Origin: Candidatus Hydrogenedentota bacterium
GTDB taxonomy: Bacteria > Hydrogenedentota > Hydrogenedentia > Hydrogenedentales > JAEUWI01
Assembly: GCA_034669905.1 (NCBI GenBank)
Contig: JAXMOL010000021.1
Span: 32,001 to 96,000 of the forward strand
DNA: 64,000 nt
Direction: 5' to 3'
Shown: positions 11,360 through 21,882 of the stretch, piece by piece
Position numbering within the stretch: the stretch's first letter is position 1
Layout: each line of letters begins with the position of its first letter
Translations under genes and position numbers: made by a program
Notes under the pieces: generated by a model
Databases searched by the model: none
Told to the model about the DNA's origin: nothing
The model's input: only the letters and a program-made list of their open reading frames with translations

Positions 11360-12412
11360 CTACGGCAACGCCACCTCGATCACAAATTGGTGATTCTCCC
11401 GGCCCTTCACGTAGCGACTTTCGTCGATAAGCTCACCCTTCGTCGTATCATAGGTGATCACCTCGATCTGGTCCTTCGACGGCGTAAAGCGATAAATCCG
11501 CAACGGCCCCGAGGATGTGTAGTCACTGAGCAAGCCATGAACCACATTACCGTGCTCGCCCTCACGGGGGAGATACAAGGCCGACGTGCGGCTCTGGTCG
11601 CCCGAGCAGACCATGAGGAGGTTGGCATGTTTTGAATAGAGCTTCTCCCAGAGTTGCTCCGGCGTGTTGCCCCGCTCCCCGTGGCACTTTTTCCAGCGCA
11701 TACGGCCCTTGGGGTCCTCGATATAGCCTTTGTTCTCCTTGGGCTTATCCAGTGGTCCCAGGTCCATGTGGGTGCTGATGATGGCCTTGCGGTTGGCGTG
11801 TGCTGTGAGCAAGGCATTGGCCCAGGCCACCACGTTGTCGGGGGCGTTGCACTCCAGGTGCAGGAGAATAAGGTCCACGCCCTCGGCAGAGATAAGCTGG
11901 TAGCTGTTGGCATTGTTACCGGAGTGGCCGGGACGGGTTTCATCTCCCGCGAAGGCACCGCCATACCAGGGGAAATCCACGAATTGTTTCTCGGGAAAGT
12001 ACTTCTGAAAGAGGCTCGAGTCCCCGGCCCCGGTCATGTCGTGATTCCCCACCACGATGCCATAGGGCACCTTGCCGTGGAGGGCGTTCATATGCTGCTG
12101 GGCCACCGCCCACTGGGCGTCGATGTTTTTGTCCACGATATCGCCCACATGACTGACGAAGGCGATCCGTTGGGTATCAAGGTTGTCCGTAATCCACTGG
12201 ACGTGGGCCGCGAAGACGGCATTGGTCACCTCCTCGGTGCCATCGGCCGTTGATTGGGTGGCGTTGCTGCGGTACCGCTGGGTGTCGGGGATGACCACGA
12301 CGCTGAATGTCCCGTCGGTGGCCGGGGATAAGGGAGCTGCGAAGGCCGCTGAGAAGAGGGCCTGTTGTAAAACTACGCCTGCGAAGAGGAGGAAGAGGGT
12401 ACGATTGAGCAT
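11360..12412 (-). CDS. Secreted calcineurin-like metallophosphoesterase
   Basis: PDTQ, HVGDIVD, GNHD motifs; N-terminal signal peptide. Confidence 0.85.
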   Translation of the reverse strand: MLNRTLFLLFAGVVLQQALFSAAFAAPLSPATDGTFSVVVIPDTQRYRSNATQSTADGTEEVTNAVFAAHVQWITDNLDTQRIAFVSHVGDIVDKNIDAQWAVAQQHMNALHGKVPYGIVVGNHDMTGAGDSSLFQKYFPEKQFVDFPWYGGAFAGDETRPGHSGNNANSYQLISAEGVDLILLHLECNAPDNVVAWANALLTAHANRKAIISTHMDLGPLDKPKENKGYIEDPKGRMRWKKCHGERGNTPEQLWEKLYSKHANLLMVCSGDQSRTSALYLPREGEHGNVVHGLLSDYTSSGPLRIYRFTPSKDQIEVITYDTTKGELIDESRYVKGRENHQFVIEVALP

Positions 12413-12439
12413 GGTTTTTCATATACCTCAGTAGGGTGT

Positions 12440-12486
12440 AAAACAAAAAAATCCCGACGGACGATGAAGGGTGGCGTCCGTCGGGG
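12440..12486 (-). terminator. Intrinsic terminator
   Basis: TCCCGACGGACG/CGTCCGTCGGGG hairpin with T-tract on the minus strand. Confidence 0.75.
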
Positions 12487-12505
12487 GACAATAGGTAACA
12501 GCAGG

Positions 12506-12820
12506 TTATTTAGTGGTTTTTTTGGTAGCCGCTTTCTTCTTGGCGGGCTTCTTTTTCTCTGCAGCGGCTTTCGGCTTGGATTTTGCCTTCGCTTTGCTTG
12601 GCTTGGAGGGCTCAATGCCCGCGCGCTGATAGAAGAATTTCGCGGCTTCCAGGATATTCCCCAAGTTGCGTTTGCCGTGATCGTCACTCACGGGACCGAT
12701 CTTTTCGGCCTTCTTCAGGAAGGCTTCCCATTCTTCGTGGCCCCAATCACCGTTTCGCTTCGTGACAAATTCCCCCGCCAGTTCCAGTAATTTCTGTACC
12801 TCATTCTTTTTCGCAGCCAT
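12506..12820 (-). CDS. Small basic protein with Lys/Ala-rich histone H1-like tail
   Basis: AAAAGGAG RBS; 104 aa; C-terminal KPSKAKAKSKPKAAAEKKKPAKKKAATKKTTK; own terminator. Confidence 0.8.
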   Translation of the reverse strand: MAAKKNEVQKLLELAGEFVTKRNGDWGHEEWEAFLKKAEKIGPVSDDHGKRNLGNILEAAKFFYQRAGIEPSKPSKAKAKSKPKAAAEKKKPAKKKAATKKTTK

Positions 12821-12970
12821 GACTTGTCTCCTTTTCGTTGGCTTCATGCCAGTCAATCAACAACAAATCCCACCGGTGCGGCGTGTAACCCCGACACCAG
12901 AAGAATACCCCAATAAGGCCATGAGTTAACAGCGGAAAGTGGGGCGGTCGGTGACGTCGCTGGAGACAAT

Positions 12971-13007
12971 AAAAAGCGGGAAGGCTTCGAACTTGAAGCC
13001 TTCCCGC
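12971..13007 (-). terminator. Intrinsic terminator
   Basis: GCGGGAAGGCTTC/GAAGCCTTCCCGC 13-bp stem plus T-tract on the minus strand. Confidence 0.8.
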
Positions 13008-13027
13008 ACGGAATGCAGGAGGGACTA

Positions 13028-13966
13028 TTACAGCAACCAGCCGTCCGGCGTGTCGTCCGTGTCATACCAGAATTGGAATTCGGAATAGCCCCTGGAAACG
13101 GGGGACTTGCCGGGATACTTGATGAACTCCACATGACCGTCCATGTACAGCACATTACCGCCGCCAGGGATGTGGTTCATGTTGTTGGTGTTCTCGGTGT
13201 CATCCCACATGACGAAGATGGTGCTCTGCGCTTCTGAACTTCCCGCCGGATTGTTGATATCCGTGATCAGGAAACGCTCGATACCATCGCGGATGAGGAG
13301 GGCGCCGCCGACCCCTTTGGTCGTGAAGGAAGGGTTGTTGTTTGTGCCCCATTCAACCTGGATATCATTTTCGATATACGTCTTCATTGCCGCCCGGAAC
13401 GCGGGATTGAAATCACCGCCGACCGCGGTATCGAAATCACCGGCGTTGACACGGCTGGGATCCACAAAGACCAACTCGTCGCTCCAAATCTGGTTGTAGT
13501 ACAGATAGGATTTGTTCTCCAGGTCGCAGACATCGACGCCGTTGGAGGTGTCGTTGTCGATATTGAAGCGTCCGTCAAACCAGTGATCTCCGTCGCCATC
13601 GGAGGGGCATCGCATAATCAGGATGTCCGACAGATATTCCGGGTAGACAGAAGGGCCATCGGGCATTTGCTGAAACTTCGAGCTGTATTTCCGATCGCAG
13701 TTCGCGGGATTCTGACCCGCGGTCGGGACGATGGCCGCGCCGTGCCGGAACTCATCCCAGAGGTGCGTGTGCGGATACATTTCCCCTTCGGACTCGTTGG
13801 CAAACATGTGGAAAACAATCCCCATTTGCTTCAGGTTGTTCTGACAGCTTGCGCGCCGTGCCGCTTCCCGGGCCCGCGCAAGGGCAGGCAGGAGGATGGC
13901 GGCTAGAATGCCGATGATGGCGATGACCACCAGGAGCTCAATGAGGGTAAAGCCTTTTTTATTCAT
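13028..13966 (-). CDS. DUF1559 prepilin-type N-methylation / H-X9-DG domain protein
   Basis: [37 protein letters not shown]-terminal [18 protein letters not shown]. Confidence 0.93.
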   Translation of the reverse strand: MNKKGFTLIELLVVIAIIGILAAILLPALARAREAARRASCQNNLKQMGIVFHMFANESEGEMYPHTHLWDEFRHGAAIVPTAGQNPANCDRKYSSKFQQMPDGPSVYPEYLSDILIMRCPSDGDGDHWFDGRFNIDNDTSNGVDVCDLENKSYLYYNQIWSDELVFVDPSRVNAGDFDTAVGGDFNPAFRAAMKTYIENDIQVEWGTNNNPSFTTKGVGGALLIRDGIERFLITDINNPAGSSEAQSTIFVMWDDTENTNNMNHIPGGGNVLYMDGHVEFIKYPGKSPVSRGYSEFQFWYDTDDTPDGWLL

Positions 13967-14437
13967 GCGATGTGTTCCTTATGGGGTTGAATCGTGAATC
14001 GTGCGCATTCTTAAAGAGTGCATGTTGCATGTGATTCTGGCAATACAAGGTGCCTGAGAGGCCCCTGACGTAGTTGACCCGGCTATCCTCCTCTCTCCCG
14101 TGTGCACAGCACTGTTGCCAAGGATCTCAACAGGGCAAGAGTGGGTACGATCTTCGTGGTTGACTGGTGGCACTGCTGTTTTCCATAGTCTGCTAGTATC
14201 CGAGGATTGTCAAGCGAAAAGTGCGATTGTACCTTCCGCACCAAGAAAAGGGCCGGGTATAAGTGTTTTATTGGATTGTCGGTATCATTATGGAGGGCGT
14301 TGATGAGGGGGGCGTGAGGGCCTGGATAGTTTTTTGTCTGCGTGGTGGGGCGGAAACGAGGGGGGTGTACTGTGCTATTATGCCCGTGTGGGCCGGGTTA
14401 TGGGGAAGCCATCGATGGCTCCTCACAGGAGTCTCTT

Positions 14438-16678
14438 ATGTTTCGAGTGCAGCATGGCCGAATCAGGGCCCCTTTTCGACTCATCCTCTGGATGAGTACG
14501 GTCGTCACCGTCGCGTGCCAGCACGCGTGCCCGGCTCCCATGCGCGCGCCCTTACCCAGCGCGGAGGAAATCGCTGCCCTGCCGGCCGATGGTGGGGAAG
14601 CATTCAACCGACTCATCTTTGAGCGCAGCCCCTATCTCCTGCAACATGCCCGCAATCCGGTCAACTGGTATCCCTGGGGGGATGAGGCCTTCGAGAAGGC
14701 ACGCGCCGAAGGTAAACTCGTATTCTTGTCCGTGGGCTATGCCACCTGCCACTGGTGCCACGTGATGGAACATGAATCATTCGAGGATGAGGAAGTGGCC
14801 GCCTTGATGAATCAGGGCTTCGTATCGGTGAAGGTGGACCGCGAAGAGCGGCCGGATATCGATGAGATTTACATGACCGTCACCCAGGCTATGACGGGTA
14901 GTGGGGGGTGGCCCATGACGGTGATCCTCACCCCCGATCGGAAGCCTGTTTTTGCAGGAACCTATTTCCCCAAGTCGGCACAGTTCGGCCGTCCCGGGAT
15001 GCTGGAGTTGCTGCCCCAACTGACGGAAGCCTATGCTGCCGAGCCGGAAAAATTCAGGGAGGCGGGCGTCGGTATTACGGAGTTTCTGAAAGCCCAGGGC
15101 AACACAGCGTCGGGCAATTTCGACGCCGAGGTGGTACTCTCACAGGCCTTTCGTGAGCATGTGGATACCTTCGATAGTGCCGAAGGGGGATTCGGCGCCG
15201 CCCCGAAGTTCCCAACACCGCACCGGTTGATGTATTTACTCCGGTATTGGAAGCGTAGCGGCGATACCCAGGCCCTGGCCATGGTGGAAAAGACCCTGAC
15301 GGCCATGCGATTGGGCGGGGTCTACGACCACGTAGGCTATGGATTTCATCGCTATTCCGTGGATGGGGAGTGGAAAGTACCACACTTTGAAAAAATGCTT
15401 TACGATCAGGCGCTCTTGACCATGGCCTATGTGGAGGCGTACCAGGCGACGGGAGATTCTTTCTATAAGGATACCGCCCAAGAAATCATTCAATATGTGC
15501 TGAGCGTCATGACGTCGCCCACCGGCGGATTTTATTCGGCCGAAGATGCGGACAGTGAAGGGGAGGAGGGGAAGTTTTACGTCTGGACCCAGGCGGAGCT
15601 GGTGGACGTACTGGGGGATGAGGCAGCGGCAACCTATGCCGCGGTCTATCAGTTCGCCCCCGAGGGTAACTGGGAAGAGGGTAAGGTCCACCAGACAAAC
15701 ATCCCCCATTTAAGAGAGCGACTGGATGCCGTGGCCGCCGCGCGGGGCGTGTCGGTGGAAGTGCTGCGCGGGGAGCTGGAGAAGGCCCGGCTGGCCCTCT
15801 TCATGGCCCGGGAGAAACGCATCCACCCCGTTAAAGACGACAAGATTCTTACCGACTGGAACGGCCTTATGATTGCCGCCTTGGCGAAGGCCAGTCTGGC
15901 GCTGGACAACAGTGGCTATCGGATGGCGGCGACGAAGGCGGCCGACTTCATCCTGGAGACCTTGCGGATGCCTGATGGAAGGTTGATGCACCGCTACCGA
16001 GCGAGACATGCCGGTTTGCCCGCCCAACAGGAAGACTACGCGTTTCTTATCTGGGGCCTGCTGGAGCTCTACGAGGCCACCTTCGAGGTGTCCTATCTGG
16101 AGGCCGCCGTGGAACTCAACGAAACCATGACGACCCACTATGCCGATGTGCTGCACGGCGGATATTTCATGACCGCCAACGATGGGGAGGAGCTTTTGGT
16201 GCGTCCGAAAACTGCCTACGACGGAGCCATTCCCTCGGGCAATTCCGTGGCGCTTCATAACCTGATTCGACTCAGCCGGGTTACGGGCAATACCCGCTTG
16301 GCGGAACAGGCCGAAGGTACCGCGCGGGCCTTTGGCGGTGCACTGTCCAAGGGCCCTTCTAATTTCGCCGTCATGTTGATGGGACTGGACTTCGCCGTGG
16401 GGCCGTCTCATGAGGTCGTTGTGGTCGGGATCCCCAATGCGCCTGCCGTGCGGGTGATGAAATCGGCGCTCTACGATGCATTCATCCCCAATAAGGTGGT
16501 ACTCTTCCGGCCCGATGACAGCGAGGCGCCCCGGATTACCCAGTTGGCTACCTATACGCAGACCCAACGGAGTTTGGACGGGAAAGCCACCGCCTATGTC
16601 TGCCAGGATTTCGTCTGTAGTGCGCCGACGACCGATATTGAAACCATGAAGGCCCTGTTGGAAGCGACGGAGAAGTAA
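14438..16678 (+). CDS. Thioredoxin-domain YyaL/SPATA20 (DUF255) protein
   Basis: [61 protein letters not shown]. Confidence 0.93.
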   Translation: MFRVQHGRIRAPFRLILWMSTVVTVACQHACPAPMRAPLPSAEEIAALPADGGEAFNRLIFERSPYLLQHARNPVNWYPWGDEAFEKARAEGKLVFLSVGYATCHWCHVMEHESFEDEEVAALMNQGFVSVKVDREERPDIDEIYMTVTQAMTGSGGWPMTVILTPDRKPVFAGTYFPKSAQFGRPGMLELLPQLTEAYAAEPEKFREAGVGITEFLKAQGNTASGNFDAEVVLSQAFREHVDTFDSAEGGFGAAPKFPTPHRLMYLLRYWKRSGDTQALAMVEKTLTAMRLGGVYDHVGYGFHRYSVDGEWKVPHFEKMLYDQALLTMAYVEAYQATGDSFYKDTAQEIIQYVLSVMTSPTGGFYSAEDADSEGEEGKFYVWTQAELVDVLGDEAAATYAAVYQFAPEGNWEEGKVHQTNIPHLRERLDAVAAARGVSVEVLRGELEKARLALFMAREKRIHPVKDDKILTDWNGLMIAALAKASLALDNSGYRMAATKAADFILETLRMPDGRLMHRYRARHAGLPAQQEDYAFLIWGLLELYEATFEVSYLEAAVELNETMTTHYADVLHGGYFMTANDGEELLVRPKTAYDGAIPSGNSVALHNLIRLSRVTGNTRLAEQAEGTARAFGGALSKGPSNFAVMLMGLDFAVGPSHEVVVVGIPNAPAVRVMKSALYDAFIPNKVVLFRPDDSEAPRITQLATYTQTQRSLDGKATAYVCQDFVCSAPTTDIETMKALLEATEK

Positions 16679-16680
16679 GC

Positions 16681-17424
16681 GTGTTCAAGTTTTTGCCCGT
16701 CGATTGGCACGACAGCCTGCCATCTACCAATACCTATCTGGTGGCAGCACTCAAGGAAACCCCGAAGCTGCCATCGGGCACGGTGGTGGTGGCCCGGGAG
16801 CAACACGCGGGCCGTGGGCGTCAGCACCGTCCATGGCTTACGCCGCCCAATCAAAACCTCACCTTTTCCTTTGTCTGGCGCGAAACGATGCCGGAGCAAT
16901 ACGTGCCGGCCATGGCCCAGGCCCTGTCCGTCGGCATAGCGCAGTTCCTTCAAGGCTATGGCCTCACACCGACCATTAAATGGCCCAACGATCTCCTTGT
17001 GGAGGGTAAGAAAATCGGTGGCATCCTCTGTGAGCGGGTGAACCTGCGCGATTCCAGCCAGGTGGCCGTTGTTGCGGGGATCGGCCTCAATGTGAATCTG
17101 GATGCTGTCACCGCCGCGAAAATAGACCAGCCCGCGACCTCCATACTATTGGAAACCGGGCTCACCGGTGAGCTGCCCACGGTGCTTGACGAGCTCCTCG
17201 AGCAGCTTGTAGCTCCGCTGCACGCCTGGTCCCAGCGGGGATTCCCGGGGATCCGTGCGGACTATGAAGCATTCGGGTGGGCGCGGGGATCCGCCATTCG
17301 GGTTCGCGACGGCGAATCCTATCTCAGTGGAAACCATGGGGGCTACAACGAGGACGGTGCACTCGTGCTGAAGGTGGACGGCGGAGAGAAAATCTGCTAC
17401 TCCGGCGATATCGGATTGGCGTAG
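16681..17424 (+). CDS. birA: Biotin--[acetyl-CoA carboxylase] ligase (no HTH domain)
   Basis: STN, QHAGRGRQHRPW, KWPND, KKIGGIL, GIGLNVN. Confidence 0.93.
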   Translation: MFKFLPVDWHDSLPSTNTYLVAALKETPKLPSGTVVVAREQHAGRGRQHRPWLTPPNQNLTFSFVWRETMPEQYVPAMAQALSVGIAQFLQGYGLTPTIKWPNDLLVEGKKIGGILCERVNLRDSSQVAVVAGIGLNVNLDAVTAAKIDQPATSILLETGLTGELPTVLDELLEQLVAPLHAWSQRGFPGIRADYEAFGWARGSAIRVRDGESYLSGNHGGYNEDGALVLKVDGGEKICYSGDIGLA

Positions 17425-17598
17425 ATATCCAGGACCCAGGCAGTCTTCGTGTTCGTCTGCACCCATAACGACACCGAACGTGCCGCGCGATCGCGTTTCT
17501 GAGGCGACGCTAGTCGCGCTGGAACGCGTTCGTGCGATAAGGGCATTTTTGCTGGGTAAAACTCGCGTGTAGGGGGCACGTAAAGCCAAACTCGATAC

Positions 17599-19389
17599 TT
17601 ACAAGCCCCACACAAGCGGCGCCAACGTGGTCACCATGACGAGGACCAGCAGATTCAGGGGCATGCCGAAGCGCAGGTAATCCTTGAAGCAATAGCCGCC
17701 GGGACCGTAGACCATGAGGTTGGTCTGGTAGCCAAAGGGGGTGGCGAAGCTGGCCGAGGCGGCCACCATGATGGCCACCAGGAAGGGTGTGGGATTCGCG
17801 TCCATTGCCTCCACCGCGGAGAGGGTGATAGGAAAGACCAGCACCGCCGCCGCGTTGTTGGTGATCAGTTCGGTAAACAGGGACGTCACAACCACGACAA
17901 TAAACAGGACCAGCCAGGCTTCTCCGCCCGCCAGCCCCATGAGGCCCTCGGCCACGAATCTCGCCGCGCCGCTTTTGTCCATGGCGTCGCCCAGGCCCAG
18001 GGCGGCCCCAATGACCAGTAAGACGGACCAATCAACACTGCGCCGCGCTTCCTGGCCTGTGCAGCAGCCTGTCGCCAGCATGAGTCCACCGGCCAACAAG
18101 GAGGCATTCAGCATGGAGAGCAGGCCCGTGGCAGCTGCGACCACCATCGCCCCGAGGATAATCAGGGCCACCCAGGCCCGGTGGTGGCGACGGGGTACGG
18201 AGTCGTCGATGCTACTGACCAGATAAAAATCCTGGGTGTTGCTGTGCCGTTGGGGGAAGGAAGCGTGGCTTTCCAGCAGGAGGGTGTCGCCTGTCTGCAG
18301 GACGATGTCGCCCAACTTGCCCTGGAGCCGTTCCTGCCCCCGGGCTACCGCCAGCACAGCGGCTTCGTAGCGCTCCCGGAAACGCCCTTCCCGGATGCTC
18401 TTGCCCACCAGCGGGCAGGCCGACGATACGACGGCCTCGATGAGGCAGCGATCTTCCCGGGGGGCCGTGAGCTTGAAGATCTCCTGGGTGGCGGGCACGA
18501 TGCCGGGCATGCGGTGCAAATCGGTAACGGACTCTACAATACCCACGAAGACCAGGCCGTCATCTCCTTCGAGGACCTCATCAGAGGCCACGGCAGGTAA
18601 TACGCGTCCCTTGCGATCGATCTCGGCGAGATAGAGGCCCGGCAGGTGGCGGAGCCCCGCGTTTTCCACGGTCTTTCCCACCAGCGGGCCACCAGCTGCG
18701 ACCCGTACTTCCGCCGTGTATCGCCGTGGGTCGTCCCGGAGGTTGATGGCGCCTTCGCGGGCCGGCAGGATGCGATCCGAGAAGACGTAGATGTAGAGGA
18801 GTCCTGCCAGGGAAACGGGGAGTCCGACCCAGGCAATTTCGAAAAAGCCGATGGGCTCCAGGCCCGGTGTGGCGTTTATCAGGCCATTCACCACCAGATT
18901 CGTACTGGTGCCGATGATGGTGCAGGTGCCGCCCAGAATGGCCGCATAGGAAAGGGGGAGGAGGATTTTCGATGCGGGAATACCGGTTCGCTTGCTGAGT
19001 TCCTTCGCCACCGGGATAAACATGGCCACCAGCGGGGTATTGTTCAGGAAGGCGCTCAAGGCGGACACGAGGGGCAACAGGCGGAGCTGGGCCCCACGAA
19101 CCGTGCCGGGGTGGCCGAGCAGGGGAGTGGCCAGGCGATCCAGGGCTCCCGTATAGACCATCCCCGAGACCACCACGAATAGCAGGGCCACGGTGACGAG
19201 TCCCGAGTTTCCGAAACCGGACACGGCTTCCTGCGCGGTCGGAAGCGCGTCTGTACCCGTGAGGGATTGGGCCGTCATGAGGACGCCAATAGCGGCGAAC
19301 AGTATGTAGGTCGGCGTCGACGTGTTTCGGATGAGGGCCACCAGTACGCCCAAAACCACCAGAAGGGTCAATAAGGCTTCCCACCCCAT
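17599..19389 (-). CDS. SLC13/DASS family permease with two TrkA-C domains
   Basis: SAFLNNT, LGGTCTIIGTSTN, ITNNAAA, TPFGYQTNLMVYGPGGY; multiple TM segments. Confidence 0.92.
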   Translation of the reverse strand: MGWEALLTLLVVLGVLVALIRNTSTPTYILFAAIGVLMTAQSLTGTDALPTAQEAVSGFGNSGLVTVALLFVVVSGMVYTGALDRLATPLLGHPGTVRGAQLRLLPLVSALSAFLNNTPLVAMFIPVAKELSKRTGIPASKILLPLSYAAILGGTCTIIGTSTNLVVNGLINATPGLEPIGFFEIAWVGLPVSLAGLLYIYVFSDRILPAREGAINLRDDPRRYTAEVRVAAGGPLVGKTVENAGLRHLPGLYLAEIDRKGRVLPAVASDEVLEGDDGLVFVGIVESVTDLHRMPGIVPATQEIFKLTAPREDRCLIEAVVSSACPLVGKSIREGRFRERYEAAVLAVARGQERLQGKLGDIVLQTGDTLLLESHASFPQRHSNTQDFYLVSSIDDSVPRRHHRAWVALIILGAMVVAAATGLLSMLNASLLAGGLMLATGCCTGQEARRSVDWSVLLVIGAALGLGDAMDKSGAARFVAEGLMGLAGGEAWLVLFIVVVVTSLFTELITNNAAAVLVFPITLSAVEAMDANPTPFLVAIMVAASASFATPFGYQTNLMVYGPGGYCFKDYLRFGMPLNLLVLVMVTTLAPLVWGL

Positions 19390-19528
19390 GATCAGCGCCC
19401 TCTGCGGGGGTGAGAGCCCGACATCGCGATATCAGTGTTTTCCGTGTGCCAAGGGGAGTGTAACATGGGATGCATGCCTTTACAGGGCTTAATCGGAGGA
19501 CCGATCAGCGTTTTGGGTAGATAGGTGT

Positions 19529-19966
19529 TTAGTTAGACCCGTCGGGGGCATAACCGTCGGCCAGATCGGCCAGGGATTGCCCTTCCAGAACCGCCGCCAT
19601 TTCATCTCGGACTTGGCGCATGAAGGGGCGGATGTAGCAGTGCTCCATATCCTCGCAGCCCTCACAACAAATGGGATTACGGCTCCGGGCGCAGGTGGTG
19701 GGTGCGAAGGCACCGTCGAGTGTCCGCACCACCTCTGCGAGGGAGATTTCGCGAGGAGGACGGGCCAGCCGATATCCGCCCGCGGGACCACGCCGACTCA
19801 CCAGCAGGCCCTGCTTTCGCAAGAGGGTCAGGATACTCTCGAGAAACTTCGCGGGCGTGTGTTCCGATGCCACAATTTCCTCCACCGAGACATAGTCCTC
19901 CGCGCCATACCGGTTCGCCAGTACAGCCATTGCTTTGAGTCCATATCGTGCCTTGGAAGAGAACAT
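19529..19966 (-). CDS. Rrf2 family transcriptional regulator, Cys-rich
   Basis: SKARYGL, FLESIL..L, SRRGPAGGYRLARPP.EISL; C-terminal cysteine cluster. Confidence 0.92.
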   Translation of the reverse strand: MFSSKARYGLKAMAVLANRYGAEDYVSVEEIVASEHTPAKFLESILTLLRKQGLLVSRRGPAGGYRLARPPREISLAEVVRTLDGAFAPTTCARSRNPICCEGCEDMEHCYIRPFMRQVRDEMAAVLEGQSLADLADGYAPDGSN

Positions 19967-19970
19967 TGAT

Positions 19971-19999
19971 ATAATTCCTAGCGGAATTGTAGGGATTAT
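19971..19999. promoter_or_regulatory. Palindromic putative Rrf2 autoregulatory operator
   Basis: ATAATTCCTA-N9-TAGGGATTAT (9/10 inverted match), AT-rich, 4 nt from the Rrf2 ATG. Confidence 0.55.
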
Positions 20000-20142
20000 C
20001 CAGTGAGATGTCAAGTCCCGTTGCGTTCGGGCCTTCCATTGACCTTGCGGAGGCGATTCTGTTTCAATGCCTTGCTACACGACCATCCCATCGAACCGCC
20101 CAGGGCGCCCTTCGAGGTGTCCGAGGTCTACGGAGTCTTGCT

Positions 20143-21828
20143 ATGAAATGGCTGTCCTTGCTTCCGTGTGTAATTGTCTGCGCCGTGCTGCCCGCGCAAG
20201 AGCGTGTTCGGCACTTGTCCGCCGACGAATACGTCAGCCGTATGACCGCCGGGTGGATTGGCCAGATGGCCGGTGTGGGATGGGGGGCACCGACGGAGTT
20301 TCGTTTTAACGGACGGATGGTGCCGGAAGGGGAAATGCCCGACTGGGAGCCCGCCCTCATCAACCAGTTCTGGCAGGATGATCTCTATGTGGAGATGACC
20401 TTTCTCAAGACCCTCGAAGACTACGGCTGGGATGTGTCGTTAAAGCAGGCGGGCATCGATTTTGCCCGGAGTGGCTATCCCCTCTGGCACGCCAACGCGA
20501 CAGGGCGCGAGAATCTCCGCAAGGGCATCGCGCCGCCGGATTCGGGCCATCCCCAGTTTAATAACCACGCCGACGATATCGACTACCAGATTGAGGCAGA
20601 CTATTCGGGCCTCATCGCGCCCGGCCTGCCCAATGTGCCCATCACCCTCGGCGAGACCTTCGGGCGCGTCATGAACTATGGCGACGGCATCTACGGTGGC
20701 CAGTTCGTGGGTGGCATGTATGCCGCAGCCTTCTTCGAATCGGAACCCGAGAAAATTGTCCGCGCGGGCCTGGAATGTATCCCCGCCGAAAGCCACTATG
20801 CCGAATGCATCCGCGACGTGCTCTCGTGGTGGAAGGCCAACCCCGACGACTGGGAGGCCTCCTGGCGCCGCATCGAGGCGAAGTACAACGAAAACCTCGA
20901 TTACCGCAAGGCCTCCTGTGGTGGCGCGAAGAAGACCTTCAACATCGACGCGAAGATAAACGGGGCCTACATTGTCATGGGCCTCCTTTACGGCGCGGGC
21001 GACCCCGACAAGACCATCATTATTGCCACGCGATGCGGGCAGGATTCGGACTGTAACCCTTCCAGCGCGGCGGGCATCCTCTTCACGGCCCTGGGGCTGG
21101 AAAAGATCCCCGCGAAGTACACTTCGGCCCTGGACCGGGAAACGGTTTTCTCCCATACCGAATACTCTTTTGACGGACTCCTCGCCGTCTCCGAAACCCT
21201 GGCACGCGACGCCATCGTCCGGGCGGGTGGGAAGATTGTCGAAGACGGCGGTAGCGAGACCTTTGTGATTCCCCGCCAACAGGCGATGCCCTCGTCGCTG
21301 GAACAAAGCTGGAACCCGGGCCCCATCGCAAACAGTCGCTTCAGCGACGCCGAGATGGCGGAAAAAATACGTCCCGACGAACTCACCGATGGCCGTCCCG
21401 ACATGAAGGTAACCGTCGCTGAATTCGCGCCCGGCTGGCAGATTAGAGACTGTGGTTTGGAAATGGATCCCGGTATTCGCGCCACCTACCGGGGGCGCCA
21501 GCGGGTATTGCTGACCCACCCCGACGACGGCGAAACACCCGCCGTACTCTGGCGCGAGGTGGCTATCCCAACCGGGAGCGCGGCGGCCTTGCATCTCACC
21601 GTAAGCCACCACGACGGTGGCGACTGGCAGTTGATGGTGAAGATTGATGGGGAAGGGGTGCTCAACACCCCGGTAGGCAAGGACACTGTCACCGACGGCT
21701 GGCAGTCCGAGAAAATCGATCTCGCGCCCTATGCGGGGAAGACGGTGCGGGTAGAGCTCTTCAACCAGCCTACCGGTTGGTTTTGCGAAGCGGCTTATTG
21801 GGGAGAGATCACGTTGGCGGGGTTGTAG
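20143..21828 (+). CDS. Secreted ADP-ribosylglycohydrolase-family protein with C-terminal beta-rich domain
   Basis: GWIGQMAGVGWGAPTEF, QDDLYVE, GQDSDCN motifs; signal peptide. Confidence 0.82.
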   Translation: MKWLSLLPCVIVCAVLPAQERVRHLSADEYVSRMTAGWIGQMAGVGWGAPTEFRFNGRMVPEGEMPDWEPALINQFWQDDLYVEMTFLKTLEDYGWDVSLKQAGIDFARSGYPLWHANATGRENLRKGIAPPDSGHPQFNNHADDIDYQIEADYSGLIAPGLPNVPITLGETFGRVMNYGDGIYGGQFVGGMYAAAFFESEPEKIVRAGLECIPAESHYAECIRDVLSWWKANPDDWEASWRRIEAKYNENLDYRKASCGGAKKTFNIDAKINGAYIVMGLLYGAGDPDKTIIIATRCGQDSDCNPSSAAGILFTALGLEKIPAKYTSALDRETVFSHTEYSFDGLLAVSETLARDAIVRAGGKIVEDGGSETFVIPRQQAMPSSLEQSWNPGPIANSRFSDAEMAEKIRPDELTDGRPDMKVTVAEFAPGWQIRDCGLEMDPGIRATYRGRQRVLLTHPDDGETPAVLWREVAIPTGSAAALHLTVSHHDGGDWQLMVKIDGEGVLNTPVGKDTVTDGWQSEKIDLAPYAGKTVRVELFNQPTGWFCEAAYWGEITLAGL

Positions 21829-21882
21829 GGGATTGGCTGGTCCCACTGTTGATGGGCGTCACTCCTCCTACGTTATGCCCCG

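Noticed and set aside
14048..14100. Riboswitch-like words upstream of the DUF1559 gene (GGGAGAGA, GCCG, CTCTCAGGCA on minus; GGTGC-CTGAGAG on plus)
   Set aside because: The glycine aptamer GCCGAAGG core and its helices are not formed, and the TPP 3' half is absent; a cmscan hit would overturn this
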